Below, piece by piece: positions 1 through 9,340 of a stretch of 46,013 nucleotides of DNA. Each line of letters begins with the position of its first letter. Position 1 is the first letter of the stretch. A program made the translations under genes and the position numbers. Source of the DNA: an uncultured virus (IMG/VR IMGVR_UViG_3300037295_000360) (taxonomy: Duplodnaviria > Heunggongvirae > Uroviricota > Caudoviricetes); the IMG/VR virus record IMGVR_UViG_3300037295_000360, positions 124,001-170,013 of that record; one strand, written 5' to 3'. Below the pieces are notes generated by a model. It worked only from the letters and a program-made list of their open reading frames with translations, was not told the DNA's origin and did not search any database.

Positions 1-1014
1 CAATACATTAACCTAGATACTGGAAAATCCATAGTTCTTTCACAGGAAGATGAATTTATAGATCTTTCTGTCAATATAGAGCATGCAACAGACGGAGACT
101 ACTTTAAAATATATGGAACGAAAGATGGATCACTTACTGGATTCGAAGGATATATTAATGGAAGAATTAGAAATTCAAGTGATGACATACTTGTTTTTTA
201 TGAGGTACAAGTGAGCGAACAATTAGGACTTAATTATATTAACACATTTAACAATACATTTACACAAACAAGTCAGTTTGATGAGCCTATTATATTTAGA
301 CCTGTTATTATGAACTCTTCTATATCAAGCAATTTTTTAATTACGGTTAATATGCGGGTTTATAATGAAACTGATAATACACAAATAGTTAAAGTAGCAT
401 CGTTAATATATAATCAGCCTAAAAAATATGGAAAAAAACTATTAAAGTTAAATTTAAACTCTAGTTTTTCTCCAACAATAGTATATAATAAGTTACCAAA
501 TACATCAGTCAATAGGGAATTAAATCAATTTATTAACTCAATTAGACCTGCTATAGGTGAAACTAAATATGTTCCAGTTGCATTAGACACATATGGAATA
601 TTAGGAGCAAATACCAAGGTAACAGTTGACGGTGCTATTGTAAACTCAACATCTAATTTTATATATGAACCAGAAGGAGTTGCAATAATAAATATATCAA
701 AAGTATCTGATAACTTTATAAAATTTAAAGTAGTACAGCCTGATGGAGATAATTACAAATCAATAAGTTTAGTTAATGCTGAAGATATGATTTTAATTAT
801 TAAGAGTGGGAAAATTGAAGAAAGAATATCACATGATCCTTCTTTTCCGGGAATAGACATGGGAGCCGGCGAGATATTTTTTAAAGTTTCAAAGGCAATA
901 GCTGTTAGATTTGATCAGACTGATACAAATCAAAACAAAGATATGTTTTATATAAATATTAAAAATGGAAATACGGAATCACTTCTATATTTCGGAAACG
1001 TTAACATAATATAA
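1..1014 (+). CDS. Hypothetical protein, probably virion structural; 5'-truncated
   Basis: Frame 1 is open from base 1 (QYINLDTGKS...) to TAA 1012-1014, so the track's GTG at 211 is internal. The stop overlaps the next ATG (TAATG). Confidence 0.7.
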   Translation, partial: QYINLDTGKSIVLSQEDEFIDLSVNIEHATDGDYFKIYGTKDGSLTGFEGYINGRIRNSSDDILVFYEVQVSEQLGLNYINTFNNTFTQTSQFDEPIIFRPVIMNSSISSNFLITVNMRVYNETDNTQIVKVASLIYNQPKKYGKKLLKLNLNSSFSPTIVYNKLPNTSVNRELNQFINSIRPAIGETKYVPVALDTYGILGANTKVTVDGAIVNSTSNFIYEPEGVAIINISKVSDNFIKFKVVQPDGDNYKSISLVNAEDMILIIKSGKIEERISHDPSFPGIDMGAGEIFFKVSKAIAVRFDQTDTNQNKDMFYINIKNGNTESLLYFGNVNII

Positions 1015-1565
1015 TGATAATAAACAGTAGAAATAATTTATTTAATATAAGATTTCCAAGGACTTTTATTCCAAAGGAGGTCGCTGATAAGTATAAAAAA
1101 TATTTAAATAGAATTCCAGGTAACTTAATAACAGAGCCTATTGATTTTATTAATTATTCTATACAAGGATGTGCTATTCCTGGAATTAGTTTTGATCCAA
1201 TATCAACATCGCAAAATGATGGAACGATAACATATCATAGAGGTTCTATTCCAATACAAAATACAATACAGCGTCAATTTTCGATTACAATGCAGCTGTT
1301 AGATGGTTATATAAACTATTGGATAATGCAAGACACTTTATTGTATTATTATTCAAAGGGTGTTAAAAACCCATTTTTAAATGATATTAAATTACAAATA
1401 ATGGATGCACAGGGAATTCATGTAATTAGTATTGTGTTTGAAAAGCCAATACTTCATGAAATTTCTGAGTTAGATTTAAATATGAGTTCTAATATTGCAG
1501 AATTTACAACATTTGAATTGAACTTTTTTTATAATAAGTTCAATTTAGTATTAGAAATAGATTAA
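1014..1565 (+). CDS. Tail tube-fold protein (gp19/gp54/gp3-like)
   Basis: IQGCAIPGISF...FSITMQLLDGYINY...IKLQIMD...ISELDL...FELNFFY matches the T4 tail-tube superfamily pattern. Confidence 0.6.
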   Translation: MIINSRNNLFNIRFPRTFIPKEVADKYKKYLNRIPGNLITEPIDFINYSIQGCAIPGISFDPISTSQNDGTITYHRGSIPIQNTIQRQFSITMQLLDGYINYWIMQDTLLYYYSKGVKNPFLNDIKLQIMDAQGIHVISIVFEKPILHEISELDLNMSSNIAEFTTFELNFFYNKFNLVLEID

Positions 1566-1587
1566 AAAACGTATATATATATATAAT

Positions 1588-1956
1588 ATGAAAACATTCG
1601 TAGATTACATGAAAGAACAAAATACTTCTGAATCAGATCTTTTAACTTTAAATGAATCTTTACAATCGGAATGGACTTCTGATTTAGAATTTAAAGTAGA
1701 TTCAGCATTAGAACAATTTGCTAGTACCTATTTAAAAGAAGATGGAACATATGATGTTCATCAATTCAATAATGAACTTACTAACGAGGGAATTCTAGGA
1801 AGTATTTTTGGTGGACTTACTGGTTTTGCACTTGGAAAAACAATAGGAAAAACAGTTGCTAAAATATTAGGAATCCAGTCAGGCGTAATGTATGATATGT
1901 TAACAAGTAGGCTCGTAGGGGCTGCTTTAGGAGCTTCTCTTGGTAAATCACTATAA
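1588..1956 (+). CDS. Glycine-zipper protein, probable internal head/ejection protein
   Basis: N-terminal MKTFVDYMKE (capsid-targeting-like), LNE and LTNE sites, C-terminal GxxxG repeats; TATATATA upstream. Confidence 0.55.
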   Translation: MKTFVDYMKEQNTSESDLLTLNESLQSEWTSDLEFKVDSALEQFASTYLKEDGTYDVHQFNNELTNEGILGSIFGGLTGFALGKTIGKTVAKILGIQSGVMYDMLTSRLVGAALGASLGKSL

Positions 1957-1966
1957 ATCACTATAA

Positions 1967-2620
1967 ATGAATTTTGTAACAATTGACTTTTCTTTAAATT
2001 CACCAGGAATTTGTATATTTAAAGATAATAAATATAGTTTCGTTGGATACTTAAAACCAAAGACAGGCACAAAGAAGGAACAAAAACTACAAGAAGAACT
2101 TAATATACTTGAAGACACACAAATTCTTCAGCAACCAGATTGGACGAATAACGAGGATTATTCTAGGAGTGAGATGATTAAAATACAAAGACACACTCAA
2201 ACTGCTAAAGACATTATTGACATTATTATAGAAATTACAGGTAATGATGATTCCTTTATAATTGCATTTGAAGGTACATCATTTGGATCATCTTCCGGAA
2301 CTAATAATATAATTGACATGGCAGCAGGGGCCGCGATACTAAAGATGGAAATGATGTCTAGACTTAATGTTATAAATATGTTAACAGTTGCTCCTTCATC
2401 AATTAAAAAACACGCAGGTTCAGGTCGCCTTAAGAAAGATGAACTTTGGGTTAAATTCCTTGAAAATTATCTAGAAGATGAATATCTAAATGACTCGTCT
2501 TTGCTCTCATTCTGTAAATCTTCAATTGGAATAGTTTCAAAGGTGCCAAAGCCAATGGACGATCTTGTAGATGCATACTTTCTAAATCATTTATCAAGAT
2601 TTTTGTATTACAATAAGTAA
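1967..2620 (+). CDS. RuvC-like Holliday junction resolvase
   Basis: TIDFSLNSPG (D), AFEG (E), APSSIKK..G, DDLVDAY (D..D) give the RuvC/RNase H catalytic pattern. Confidence 0.8.
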   Translation: MNFVTIDFSLNSPGICIFKDNKYSFVGYLKPKTGTKKEQKLQEELNILEDTQILQQPDWTNNEDYSRSEMIKIQRHTQTAKDIIDIIIEITGNDDSFIIAFEGTSFGSSSGTNNIIDMAAGAAILKMEMMSRLNVINMLTVAPSSIKKHAGSGRLKKDELWVKFLENYLEDEYLNDSSLLSFCKSSIGIVSKVPKPMDDLVDAYFLNHLSRFLYYNK

Positions 2621-2881
2621 CTTTCTTTTTTGTTATAAGGTGAACTTATTTTTATTAATGTTAATCAAATCTTATCTTTGATATCTTTAAGCTTGCAACC
2701 TAATCTTACCCAAAGGCTTAAATACTTTAGTTATATTGACAGTTGACTGGAATGTTTCAGCAATCTGATAAAATATTTGTAAATAGTTTTAATGTACCTT
2801 AATAAACAAATAAAGAAGTAATTAATGAAACTAAATTGAAAGAGATATATAATAAGTATATTAATATTTAAAATGTAGAAA

Positions 2882-3073
2882 ATGAGTATATTTACAACAA
2901 CTGAACATTTCAACTTACATACTTTGCTAAGTAAATTAGTTACTTTAGAAAAACTATCCAAAGAGGATATGGAAATTCTATTGTCTAAAGCGGGTCTTCA
3001 TTTAGTTAAAGACCACATATATCTAGACGAAACAGGTTCACAATTAAATATGAAAAAACTGAAACATTATTAA
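2882..3073 (+). CDS. Small hypothetical protein
   Basis: 63-aa ORF preceded by GATATATA (2844) and a TGAAAC-N16-TATAAT variant (2826). Confidence 0.55.
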   Translation: MSIFTTTEHFNLHTLLSKLVTLEKLSKEDMEILLSKAGLHLVKDHIYLDETGSQLNMKKLKHY

Positions 3074-3088
3074 ATATTATTATATAAT
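3060..3088 (+). promoter_or_regulatory. TGAAAC-N17-TATAAT early/middle promoter for the SSB gene
   Basis: Identical spacing recurs at 16659, 16952, 26731 and 31845, with variants at 38135, 20537 and 19076. Confidence 0.75.
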
Positions 3089-3111
3089 TAACAGCTTAGT
3101 AAATCAAAGCA

Positions 3112-3157
3112 ATTAAAGAAATTAACAAACATTAAAGAAATTAACAAACATTAAAGA
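3112..3157 (+). repeat. 19-bp tandem repeat (ATTAAAGAAATTAACAAAC x2.4) in the SSB leader
   Basis: Units start at 3112, 3131 and 3150, ending just before ATG 3159. Confidence 0.9.
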
Positions 3158-3158
3158 C

Positions 3159-4067
3159 ATGGAAAATTTTGACATTTTTAACTTAGGAGTATCTGACGTT
3201 GAAACACATGAAACACAAGCTTCAACCGGAAGTGATTTATTTAAACCGACAGCAGATGATGGAAAAGATGGAACATATAAAGCAATGATTCGCTTTGTAC
3301 CGAACCCAACTAACCCTAGGAACTCACTGGTAAAAAAATACGTACACTGGCTAACTAATGCAAGTGGAGACGGCAAGATGGTAGATTCACCATCCACTAT
3401 TGGAGAAAAATGCCCAATCGCCGATGTATTTTTCAAATTACGTAAAAGTGATTCAGCAGTTGATCGTAAAATGAGCGAAAAACTAAAAAGACGCGAGCAA
3501 TATTTTGCATTAGTAAAAATTATTAAAGACCCTCAAAGTCCAGAATTAGAAGGACAATATAAGGTATTTAAGTTTGGTTATAAAATCAAAGAAAAAATTG
3601 ATGAAGAATTAAAACCAGCGTTTGGAGAGCCAACTCAAGTTTTTGATTTATTCGAAGGGAAAAACTTTGAACTAATTATAACAAGACAAGGAGAATTCAA
3701 TAACTATGATAAGTCAAAGTTTTCTTCAAGTACTAGTTCAATTGATATGAAAGGTACTCCAGCTAAGCGAGACGCAGATACAATGACTGCTATTAAGGCA
3801 GAATTAGATACTGCACCTAGTTTAACACCTTATGAATATAAGCCATGGGATGGAGAAATGCTTGATTTTGTAAACGGTATTCTTAGAAGCTATTTAAACC
3901 CTGGCGATTCTATGAACTCCGTTACTTCAAAACAAGCTGCTAAAAAAGTACCAGCAAAATCAGAACAAGCAGTAGATTTTGAATTTCCAAAAGAAATGGT
4001 AGGAACTCCAAGCAATGTAGATTCTTCAGATGACTTAGACTCATTCTTGAATGATCTTGAACTATAG
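3159..4067 (+). CDS. gp32: Single-stranded DNA-binding protein (T4 gp32-like)
   Basis: DG.YKAMIRFVP, H..CPI, KIIKDPQSPELEG..KVFKFG.KI, FDLFEGKNF, NYDKSKF and an acidic tail DDLDSFLNDLEL. Confidence 0.93.
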   Translation: MENFDIFNLGVSDVETHETQASTGSDLFKPTADDGKDGTYKAMIRFVPNPTNPRNSLVKKYVHWLTNASGDGKMVDSPSTIGEKCPIADVFFKLRKSDSAVDRKMSEKLKRREQYFALVKIIKDPQSPELEGQYKVFKFGYKIKEKIDEELKPAFGEPTQVFDLFEGKNFELIITRQGEFNNYDKSKFSSSTSSIDMKGTPAKRDADTMTAIKAELDTAPSLTPYEYKPWDGEMLDFVNGILRSYLNPGDSMNSVTSKQAAKKVPAKSEQAVDFEFPKEMVGTPSNVDSSDDLDSFLNDLEL

Positions 4068-4089
4068 TATTAAATAATTAATAAAATTA

Positions 4090-4120
4090 AAGGCCAAGTT
4101 TTAAAACTTGGCCTTTTTTT
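4090..4120 (+). terminator. Intrinsic terminator
   Basis: Perfect palindrome AAGGCCAAGTTTT/AAAACTTGGCCTT followed by a T-run. Confidence 0.85.
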
Positions 4121-4134
4121 CGTATATAATACAT

Positions 4135-5259
4135 ATGAAAGGTCAAAAAATAACAGAAGAACTAAAGTCTAAAATCAGAAGCCTATTTAAGCAAGTAGTG
4201 TTAAAGGCGCATCATGACTCTAGTAAACAAATGATTAAGGAAATGCCAGGTCGTATCACGTTTTCGTGTCCATATTGTGGTGACTCTACTACAGATCTTA
4301 AAAAGAAGAGAGGTAATTTATATTGGGACACATTACAATATCACTGTTTTAATTGCGGCATTCACTCAAATGCATATCAATTACTTAAAGACCATCATGT
4401 TAAATTTAAAAATACAGATGACTCTATTCAAATCATAGACTATATCCAAGAACATAAGATGGAAGTCAATGATATTGAAGTATTAGAACATGATATTTTT
4501 AAATTAACATATGATTTATCCCCTACACGCATTGAATTATCACAAATGTTTGGTTTTAAAGAAATAGTACCAGGAGATTCAGCGTACTTTTATTTAAAAA
4601 ATAGATTGCTTTCACATCGCCTCGACAGATTTATGTATTCTCCTAAGGATAAAAGAATTGTAGTATTAAATTTAGCACCTAAGGATAAGGTTATTGGATT
4701 TCAAACAAGGTCACTTAATAAACAATCTAACTCAAGGTATTTAACATACGATTTAGAAAAGATATATCAAGAGACTAAACGTGAGATGATCCTGAGTGAA
4801 GAAGAACTTGTTAGTGTTAAGAAATTATCAACACTTTTCGGAGTAATGCTTGTTGATTTTCAAAGAGAAGTAACAATGTTCGAAGGACCTATCGATGCTA
4901 TGTTTATTTCAAATTCAATAGGGCTTGCGACTGCGGGAAGATCAACAACTGAATTTGATGAAATACCAACTATTAGATATATGTTTGATAATGATAGTAC
5001 AGGTAAGCGTAAAATGATGGAAAAGCTTAAAAGAGGCAAGAAAATATTTACGTGGGAAAGATTCTTTAAAGAAACTAAAATAGATTTACAACTAGAAAAT
5101 TTCCTTAAAAATATTGATAAAAATGAAAGAGATAAATATCCTAAACAAATAGGTGATCTAAACGATTTAGTTATTGCAGCGTGGTTAACGCGAAACAAAT
5201 GCTTGTCTAACTTAGATAAATATTTTTCAGATTCTAAACTTGATGCATATTACCTATGA
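4135..5259 (+). CDS. gp61: DNA primase (T4 gp61-like)
   Basis: Zn finger CPYCGDS...HCFNCG, GFQTR, TOPRIM motifs FEGPIDAMF, FDND..G and GDLND. ATG 4135 is preferred because the track start lies in the terminator. Confidence 0.92.
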   Translation: MKGQKITEELKSKIRSLFKQVVLKAHHDSSKQMIKEMPGRITFSCPYCGDSTTDLKKKRGNLYWDTLQYHCFNCGIHSNAYQLLKDHHVKFKNTDDSIQIIDYIQEHKMEVNDIEVLEHDIFKLTYDLSPTRIELSQMFGFKEIVPGDSAYFYLKNRLLSHRLDRFMYSPKDKRIVVLNLAPKDKVIGFQTRSLNKQSNSRYLTYDLEKIYQETKREMILSEEELVSVKKLSTLFGVMLVDFQREVTMFEGPIDAMFISNSIGLATAGRSTTEFDEIPTIRYMFDNDSTGKRKMMEKLKRGKKIFTWERFFKETKIDLQLENFLKNIDKNERDKYPKQIGDLNDLVIAAWLTRNKCLSNLDKYFSDSKLDAYYL

Positions 5260-5474
5260 TAAAAAAAGAATTTTTACAAATGATTGACGAAGAATTCGAA
5301 GAATTCGAAAATGAAAAAAACAAAAGAAAGAATATTAAAATGATTATCGATTTTAATTCTAACAATGTTATTCATTCCTCTAAGGAATTTACAATGACAA
5401 AGCCAAAGCTTAAAGCAAAGTTTACTAGTTCTGTCTATATTAAGAAAAACAACAAAGGAAACTCACTTTTTTAA
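5256..5474 (+). CDS. Small hypothetical protein ending NSLF
   Basis: ATGA overlap with the primase stop; C-terminal SLF as in the polymerase. Confidence 0.65.
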   Translation: MIKKEFLQMIDEEFEEFENEKNKRKNIKMIIDFNSNNVIHSSKEFTMTKPKLKAKFTSSVYIKKNNKGNSLF

Positions 5475-5485
5475 AATAAAACACA

Positions 5486-5914
5486 ATGATAGAGGCTAAA
5501 GATAAAATTCAGCAGTTAGATGAATATTTAAACAAACAGCGAGAAGATTGGACTTTAAAAATCAAAGAATTAACTGAAGATTTAAAATTAGGTAACAATC
5601 TACAAGATGTAAGTGCATATACATTAAGCTACCGCCAAATAATGGTAGAACACCTAGCTGTTATGGGAAATAGAATTAAATCCCAAAAGGCAGTAGTCGA
5701 TAAAAGGTACAAAGAAAAATGGATAGAGTACTTTACATACGATTACAAACTTACCGATAAAATGAAAGAAAGATTTATCGAAGCAGATATTTCTGACGAT
5801 ACGACAATTCTAGAGTTATTAACTATCCAAAAGAGTTTCTTTGAAGGATCTATTAAAACTTTAGATAATATGGGCTTTGCAATAAAGAATCGCCTAGATA
5901 TCAGTCGTCTATAA
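5486..5914 (+). CDS. uvsY: Recombination mediator UvsY-like
   Basis: About 140 aa, helical, Y..Y...FIEAD and C-terminal IKTLDNMGFAIKNRLD; adjacent to uvsW. Confidence 0.7.
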   Translation: MIEAKDKIQQLDEYLNKQREDWTLKIKELTEDLKLGNNLQDVSAYTLSYRQIMVEHLAVMGNRIKSQKAVVDKRYKEKWIEYFTYDYKLTDKMKERFIEADISDDTTILELLTIQKSFFEGSIKTLDNMGFAIKNRLDISRL

Positions 5915-5930
5915 AAAAGATTAAATAGAT

Positions 5931-6914
5931 TTGATTTTAACATTAACTGAAGATAATCAATTTTTAAGAATTGATGATGCTACTGAACTAGAGTTAGAGC
6001 AGATTAAAATATCTCTAACAAAAAGAATTGACAGCTGGAGGTTTCACCCTTTAGTAAAACGCGGAATATGGGATGGATACGTATCATATATTAAAGATGA
6101 TAAATGGATTCCAGCTGGACTCTGGCAATATGTCATGTCAATTTGCAAGGAGTATAGATTTGAACTTAAAATTGAAGGAATAAAAAGATTAATAGACCCT
6201 AATATTAATCCAGAAGTATTTGAAAAATGGTCTTTAGAATTCTTTAAAGACTCTGAAAAATTTACACCTCGTGATTATCAAATAGAGGCTGCTTTTAATA
6301 TTTTAAAGTTTAGAAAATGTCTAGCTGAACTTGCAACTTCTGCAGGTAAAACATTAATTAGTTTTTTAACAGTAGCATATATATTAGAACATAACAATGC
6401 AACTAAAATACTGTTTATAGTACCTAACGTTTCATTAGTAGTACAGGCTCATGAAGATTTTCACGATTACAATTACAAAAACAAAATAGATCTAAGAATT
6501 CAACAAATATTTGCTGGTCAAGATATTAAACCTAATAAAAATATAATTATAGGTACATATCAATCTTTAATTAAAAAGGATGCTGCATACTTTTCAGAAT
6601 TTGATGCAGTAATAGTTGACGAGTGTATACATCCCGATACTCTAATAAAAATGAGCAATGGCTCCTATAAAAAGATAAATGAAATAAAGGCAGGAGAATA
6701 TGTTAAAACAACTAATGATAAAACTTTAGAAATTGAAAATAGAGAAGTTGAATTTGTATATCATGATTTATCGAAAGGAAATCAAATGTTCGAGTTAGAA
6801 ATGGAAGATGGATCTATTATTAAAATAACAGGAAATCATAGAGTTAAATTAACATCAGGGGTATATAAGAGAGTGGATCAATTATCATATACCGATGATA
6901 TATTTTGTATATAA
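5931..6914 (+). CDS. uvsW: UvsW helicase N-fragment fused to N-intein
   Basis: WDG, PRDYQ, ATSAGKT, IVP and TYQS, then VIVDE|CIHPDTLI intein block A at 6624 and block B ITGNH. TTG start. Confidence 0.92.
   Translation: MILTLTEDNQFLRIDDATELELEQIKISLTKRIDSWRFHPLVKRGIWDGYVSYIKDDKWIPAGLWQYVMSICKEYRFELKIEGIKRLIDPNINPEVFEKWSLEFFKDSEKFTPRDYQIEAAFNILKFRKCLAELATSAGKTLISFLTVAYILEHNNATKILFIVPNVSLVVQAHEDFHDYNYKNKIDLRIQQIFAGQDIKPNKNIIIGTYQSLIKKDAAYFSEFDAVIVDECIHPDTLIKMSNGSYKKINEIKAGEYVKTTNDKTLEIENREVEFVYHDLSKGNQMFELEMEDGSIIKITGNHRVKLTSGVYKRVDQLSYTDDIFCI
6624..6911 (+). mobile_element. Split intein N-part (96 aa) in UvsW
   Basis: C1 CIHPDTLIKM..G.YKKINEI..G and TxxH block B (TGNH), then stop. Confidence 0.92.
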
Positions 6915-6951
6915 AAATAGGATATATAATATTAATAACATAAATAATAAA

Positions 6952-7170
6952 ATGCAAAACCCTGAATTTGATTTAACAGAATCTGAAGTATTTCTTACAT
7001 TTCAACGATTAGTGCAAACTGATGGAAATGGATCATATTTTGATGGAAAAGGTAATAGCCTGCCAATAGGTACGCCATTATATTATCAAGTTAATCAGGC
7101 ATCAAATTTAATACAAACACAAAAGATACTAGCAAAATATATTTTAGAATCATATGGCAGCGATTGGTGA
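6952..7170 (+). CDS. Hypothetical protein between the uvsW halves
   Basis: GATATATA at 6921 and an A-rich leader favour ATG 6952 over the track start 6895. Confidence 0.55.
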   Translation: MQNPEFDLTESEVFLTFQRLVQTDGNGSYFDGKGNSLPIGTPLYYQVNQASNLIQTQKILAKYILESYGSDW

Positions 7171-7276
7171 CCAGATTGGTAGAACTCATATTGGAGCATA
7201 TAGCAACCTAGAGTTTAACACAACTGCTATTAGTGCTATTACTGGTTCAGGTATCGGTTACATAAATATGACTTAA
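7154..7276 (+). CDS. Possible 40-aa ORF (MAAIGDQIGR...GYINMT), not in the track
   Basis: Open frame from ATG 7154 to TAA 7276 fills the gap to 7292; it may be a frameshifted tail of the previous gene. Confidence 0.35.
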   Translation: MAAIGDQIGRTHIGAYSNLEFNTTAISAITGSGIGYINMT

Positions 7277-7291
7277 CAATTAAAACGTTTT

Positions 7292-7645
7292 ATGCCACAG
7301 AAGCGATATCTTAAATGGAAAGAACTTAAAAAATGGAATGAAACATCCGGTCAGAAATGGTCAGATGTTTCTGTTTTAATTGAAGTTAACAATATTGTAG
7401 CCGGATCGGGAGGATATGTTGCATATGGTAATCCAGGCCAGAGACTACAAAAAGATATAGGTGACACCAAGACAAAACGATTTCTAGAACTTTATTGTAA
7501 ATTTAAAGGTATCGAGTATCAAGAAAAAAGAGAAATCAATGAAAATATTAAAGTTCTAGGATCTGATTTTGAAATATTCATTAAACAAGGAATAAAGGAA
7601 GGAATTAAAATAAATATAGGCTTTTCTAATAACATACGAAAATAA
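7292..7645 (+). CDS. Hypothetical protein between the uvsW halves
   Basis: 117-aa ORF, Trp-rich N-terminus, no HNH, GIY-YIG, LAGLIDADG or PD-(D/E)xK motif seen. Confidence 0.75.
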   Translation: MPQKRYLKWKELKKWNETSGQKWSDVSVLIEVNNIVAGSGGYVAYGNPGQRLQKDIGDTKTKRFLELYCKFKGIEYQEKREINENIKVLGSDFEIFIKQGIKEGIKINIGFSNNIRK

Positions 7646-7690
7646 CAAATTTTAATATTAATATATATTAAATAAAAAATAATTTAAATC

Positions 7691-8314
7691 ATGAAAAAAC
7701 TTGATGTTTTTAGTTTTATCGACTTTATGAATAATAATGAAATCGATAATTCTATTCAGATTTTACCTAACAACGAGTCAATACTAATTGATGATACTAT
7801 TGAAAAAGAAAATGATATAGCAACACATGATGATATAGTTATCCAAGAGGATATGGCAACACATGATGATATAGTTGTCGAAGAGGATATAATAGAATAC
7901 ATAAAAGATAAAATTTCAGAGGAAATAACTCTTGAAATTATAGAAGATGACACAAATTACACCCTGTATAAGGATATAAATGAGGAATTCATATGTGATA
8001 TATCAATCGAAGGTGCATCCATTGAAGAAGCTTACACTAGAATTATTATTGAGACAACAGAATGGTCTCTTGTATTTCCAGGAAATATTGTAAATAACAA
8101 ATGTATTGTTCCTATAAAAAAACTAGGAATTCTTAATGAAGGAGATACTGGAAATATTAAGCTCGAAGTTGTTGCAGACGGAAATCTATTTATTCCATGG
8201 TCTGACACTTTTAAAATAAAATTATCTAAAAAGGTAACTGTAAACTTAGATGAAAATGCCAAAGTAGGCATTCCCATGTCTAATGTTAATGTTAAGGTTA
8301 ATGTCATAAAATAA
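7691..8314 (+). CDS. Hypothetical protein (acidic N-region, beta-rich C-domain) between the uvsW halves
   Basis: 207 aa; AATATATA at 7660; internal 36-bp repeat. Confidence 0.8.
   Translation: MKKLDVFSFIDFMNNNEIDNSIQILPNNESILIDDTIEKENDIATHDDIVIQEDMATHDDIVVEEDIIEYIKDKISEEITLEIIEDDTNYTLYKDINEEFICDISIEGASIEEAYTRIIIETTEWSLVFPGNIVNNKCIVPIKKLGILNEGDTGNIKLEVVADGNLFIPWSDTFKIKLSKKVTVNLDENAKVGIPMSNVNVKVNVIK
7814..7891 (+). repeat. 36-bp in-frame tandem repeat (DIATHDDIVIQE/DMATHDDIVVEE)
   Basis: Units start at 7814 and 7850. Confidence 0.9.
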
Positions 8315-8370
8315 TTATATCTACGAGTCTTTTATTTTTTAAAATTAAAAAGATTACTAAAACATTTTAT

Positions 8371-8487
8371 ATGAAGATTAATAATATTAAAAAAATAGAA
8401 TATAGCGATACTGTTTATAATCTTAGAATAAAATCAGAAGACGGTTTAAACCACAATTATTTTGCAAATGGGTTAAACGTTTCAAAT
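8371..8487 (+). mobile_element. Split intein C-part (39 aa) in UvsW
   Basis: Blocks F/G end Ser-Asn with Cys+1 at 8488; splicing restores the DECH box. Confidence 0.92.
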
Positions 8488-9306
8488 TGCCATAAAGCCA
8501 AAGGAGCATCAATCAAAGAAATTCTTTCTAAATGTGTAAATGCAAACTACAAATTTGGACTTTCAGGCACAATTCCTAAGCAAGACACGTTAGATCGACT
8601 TACACTCATGAGTCAAACTGGACCTTTAATTACCGAGGTTAAAGCAAGCTTTTTACAAAAGGAAGGTTATATTGCAAAATGTATAGTAAAGGTTATTGAG
8701 ATGAATTATGCAACTCCTAAACAAAGAACAGCATTTATGGAATTGGCTCAAAACAAATATGAAAACAAAGATGTCTTTTCTTTAGAACAAAATTTTGTAA
8801 TTACCAGCAATGCCAGACTCAACTTTATATCTACTGTTATTGCTAAGGTTCCAAGAAATAGTTTAGTTCTTTTTCACAGAATTGAGCATGGCCAACGACT
8901 TTATGAAAAACTTAGACAAGAAAGCAATAAAAGAGTATTCTATGTAGATGGTGGAACTTCGTCTGATATAAGAGAAGAGTATAAAAAGAAAATGGAGGCT
9001 GGTGAAGAAATCGTAATAGTAGCTTCTTTCGGAACATTTTCCACAGGAATTTCTATAAAAAAAATACACAATATATTCTTTACAGAATCTTTTAAATCTG
9101 AAGTTATTATACGACAGTCAATAGGTAGAGGACTAAGACAACATGAATCAAAGGACAAGGTTTTAATTATAGATTTCGTAGACAATATCAGGTCTATTGA
9201 ATGGGATAACTATTTATATAAACATGGAAAGGCAAGGCAGGCTATTTATACACAAGAAAAGTTTCCATTTACAGTTAAGAGTGTTGAATTTGATGGAGAT
9301 ATATAA
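8371..9306 (+). CDS. uvsW: C-intein fused to UvsW C-fragment
   Basis: VYNLRI...HNYFANGLNVSN|CHKAK, then GLSGT, STGISIK and QSIGRGLR (SF2 motifs III, V, VI). Confidence 0.93.
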   Translation: MKINNIKKIEYSDTVYNLRIKSEDGLNHNYFANGLNVSNCHKAKGASIKEILSKCVNANYKFGLSGTIPKQDTLDRLTLMSQTGPLITEVKASFLQKEGYIAKCIVKVIEMNYATPKQRTAFMELAQNKYENKDVFSLEQNFVITSNARLNFISTVIAKVPRNSLVLFHRIEHGQRLYEKLRQESNKRVFYVDGGTSSDIREEYKKKMEAGEEIVIVASFGTFSTGISIKKIHNIFFTESFKSEVIIRQSIGRGLRQHESKDKVLIIDFVDNIRSIEWDNYLYKHGKARQAIYTQEKFPFTVKSVEFDGDI

Positions 9307-9340
9307 CTTATCAATAATATAATAAAAAATACATAAAACA

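Noticed and set aside
1944..1968. TAAATCACTA x2.5 containing T4-like TATAAAT
   Set aside because: Most simply a slippage duplication at a stop/start junction; it does not match this phage's promoter consensus.
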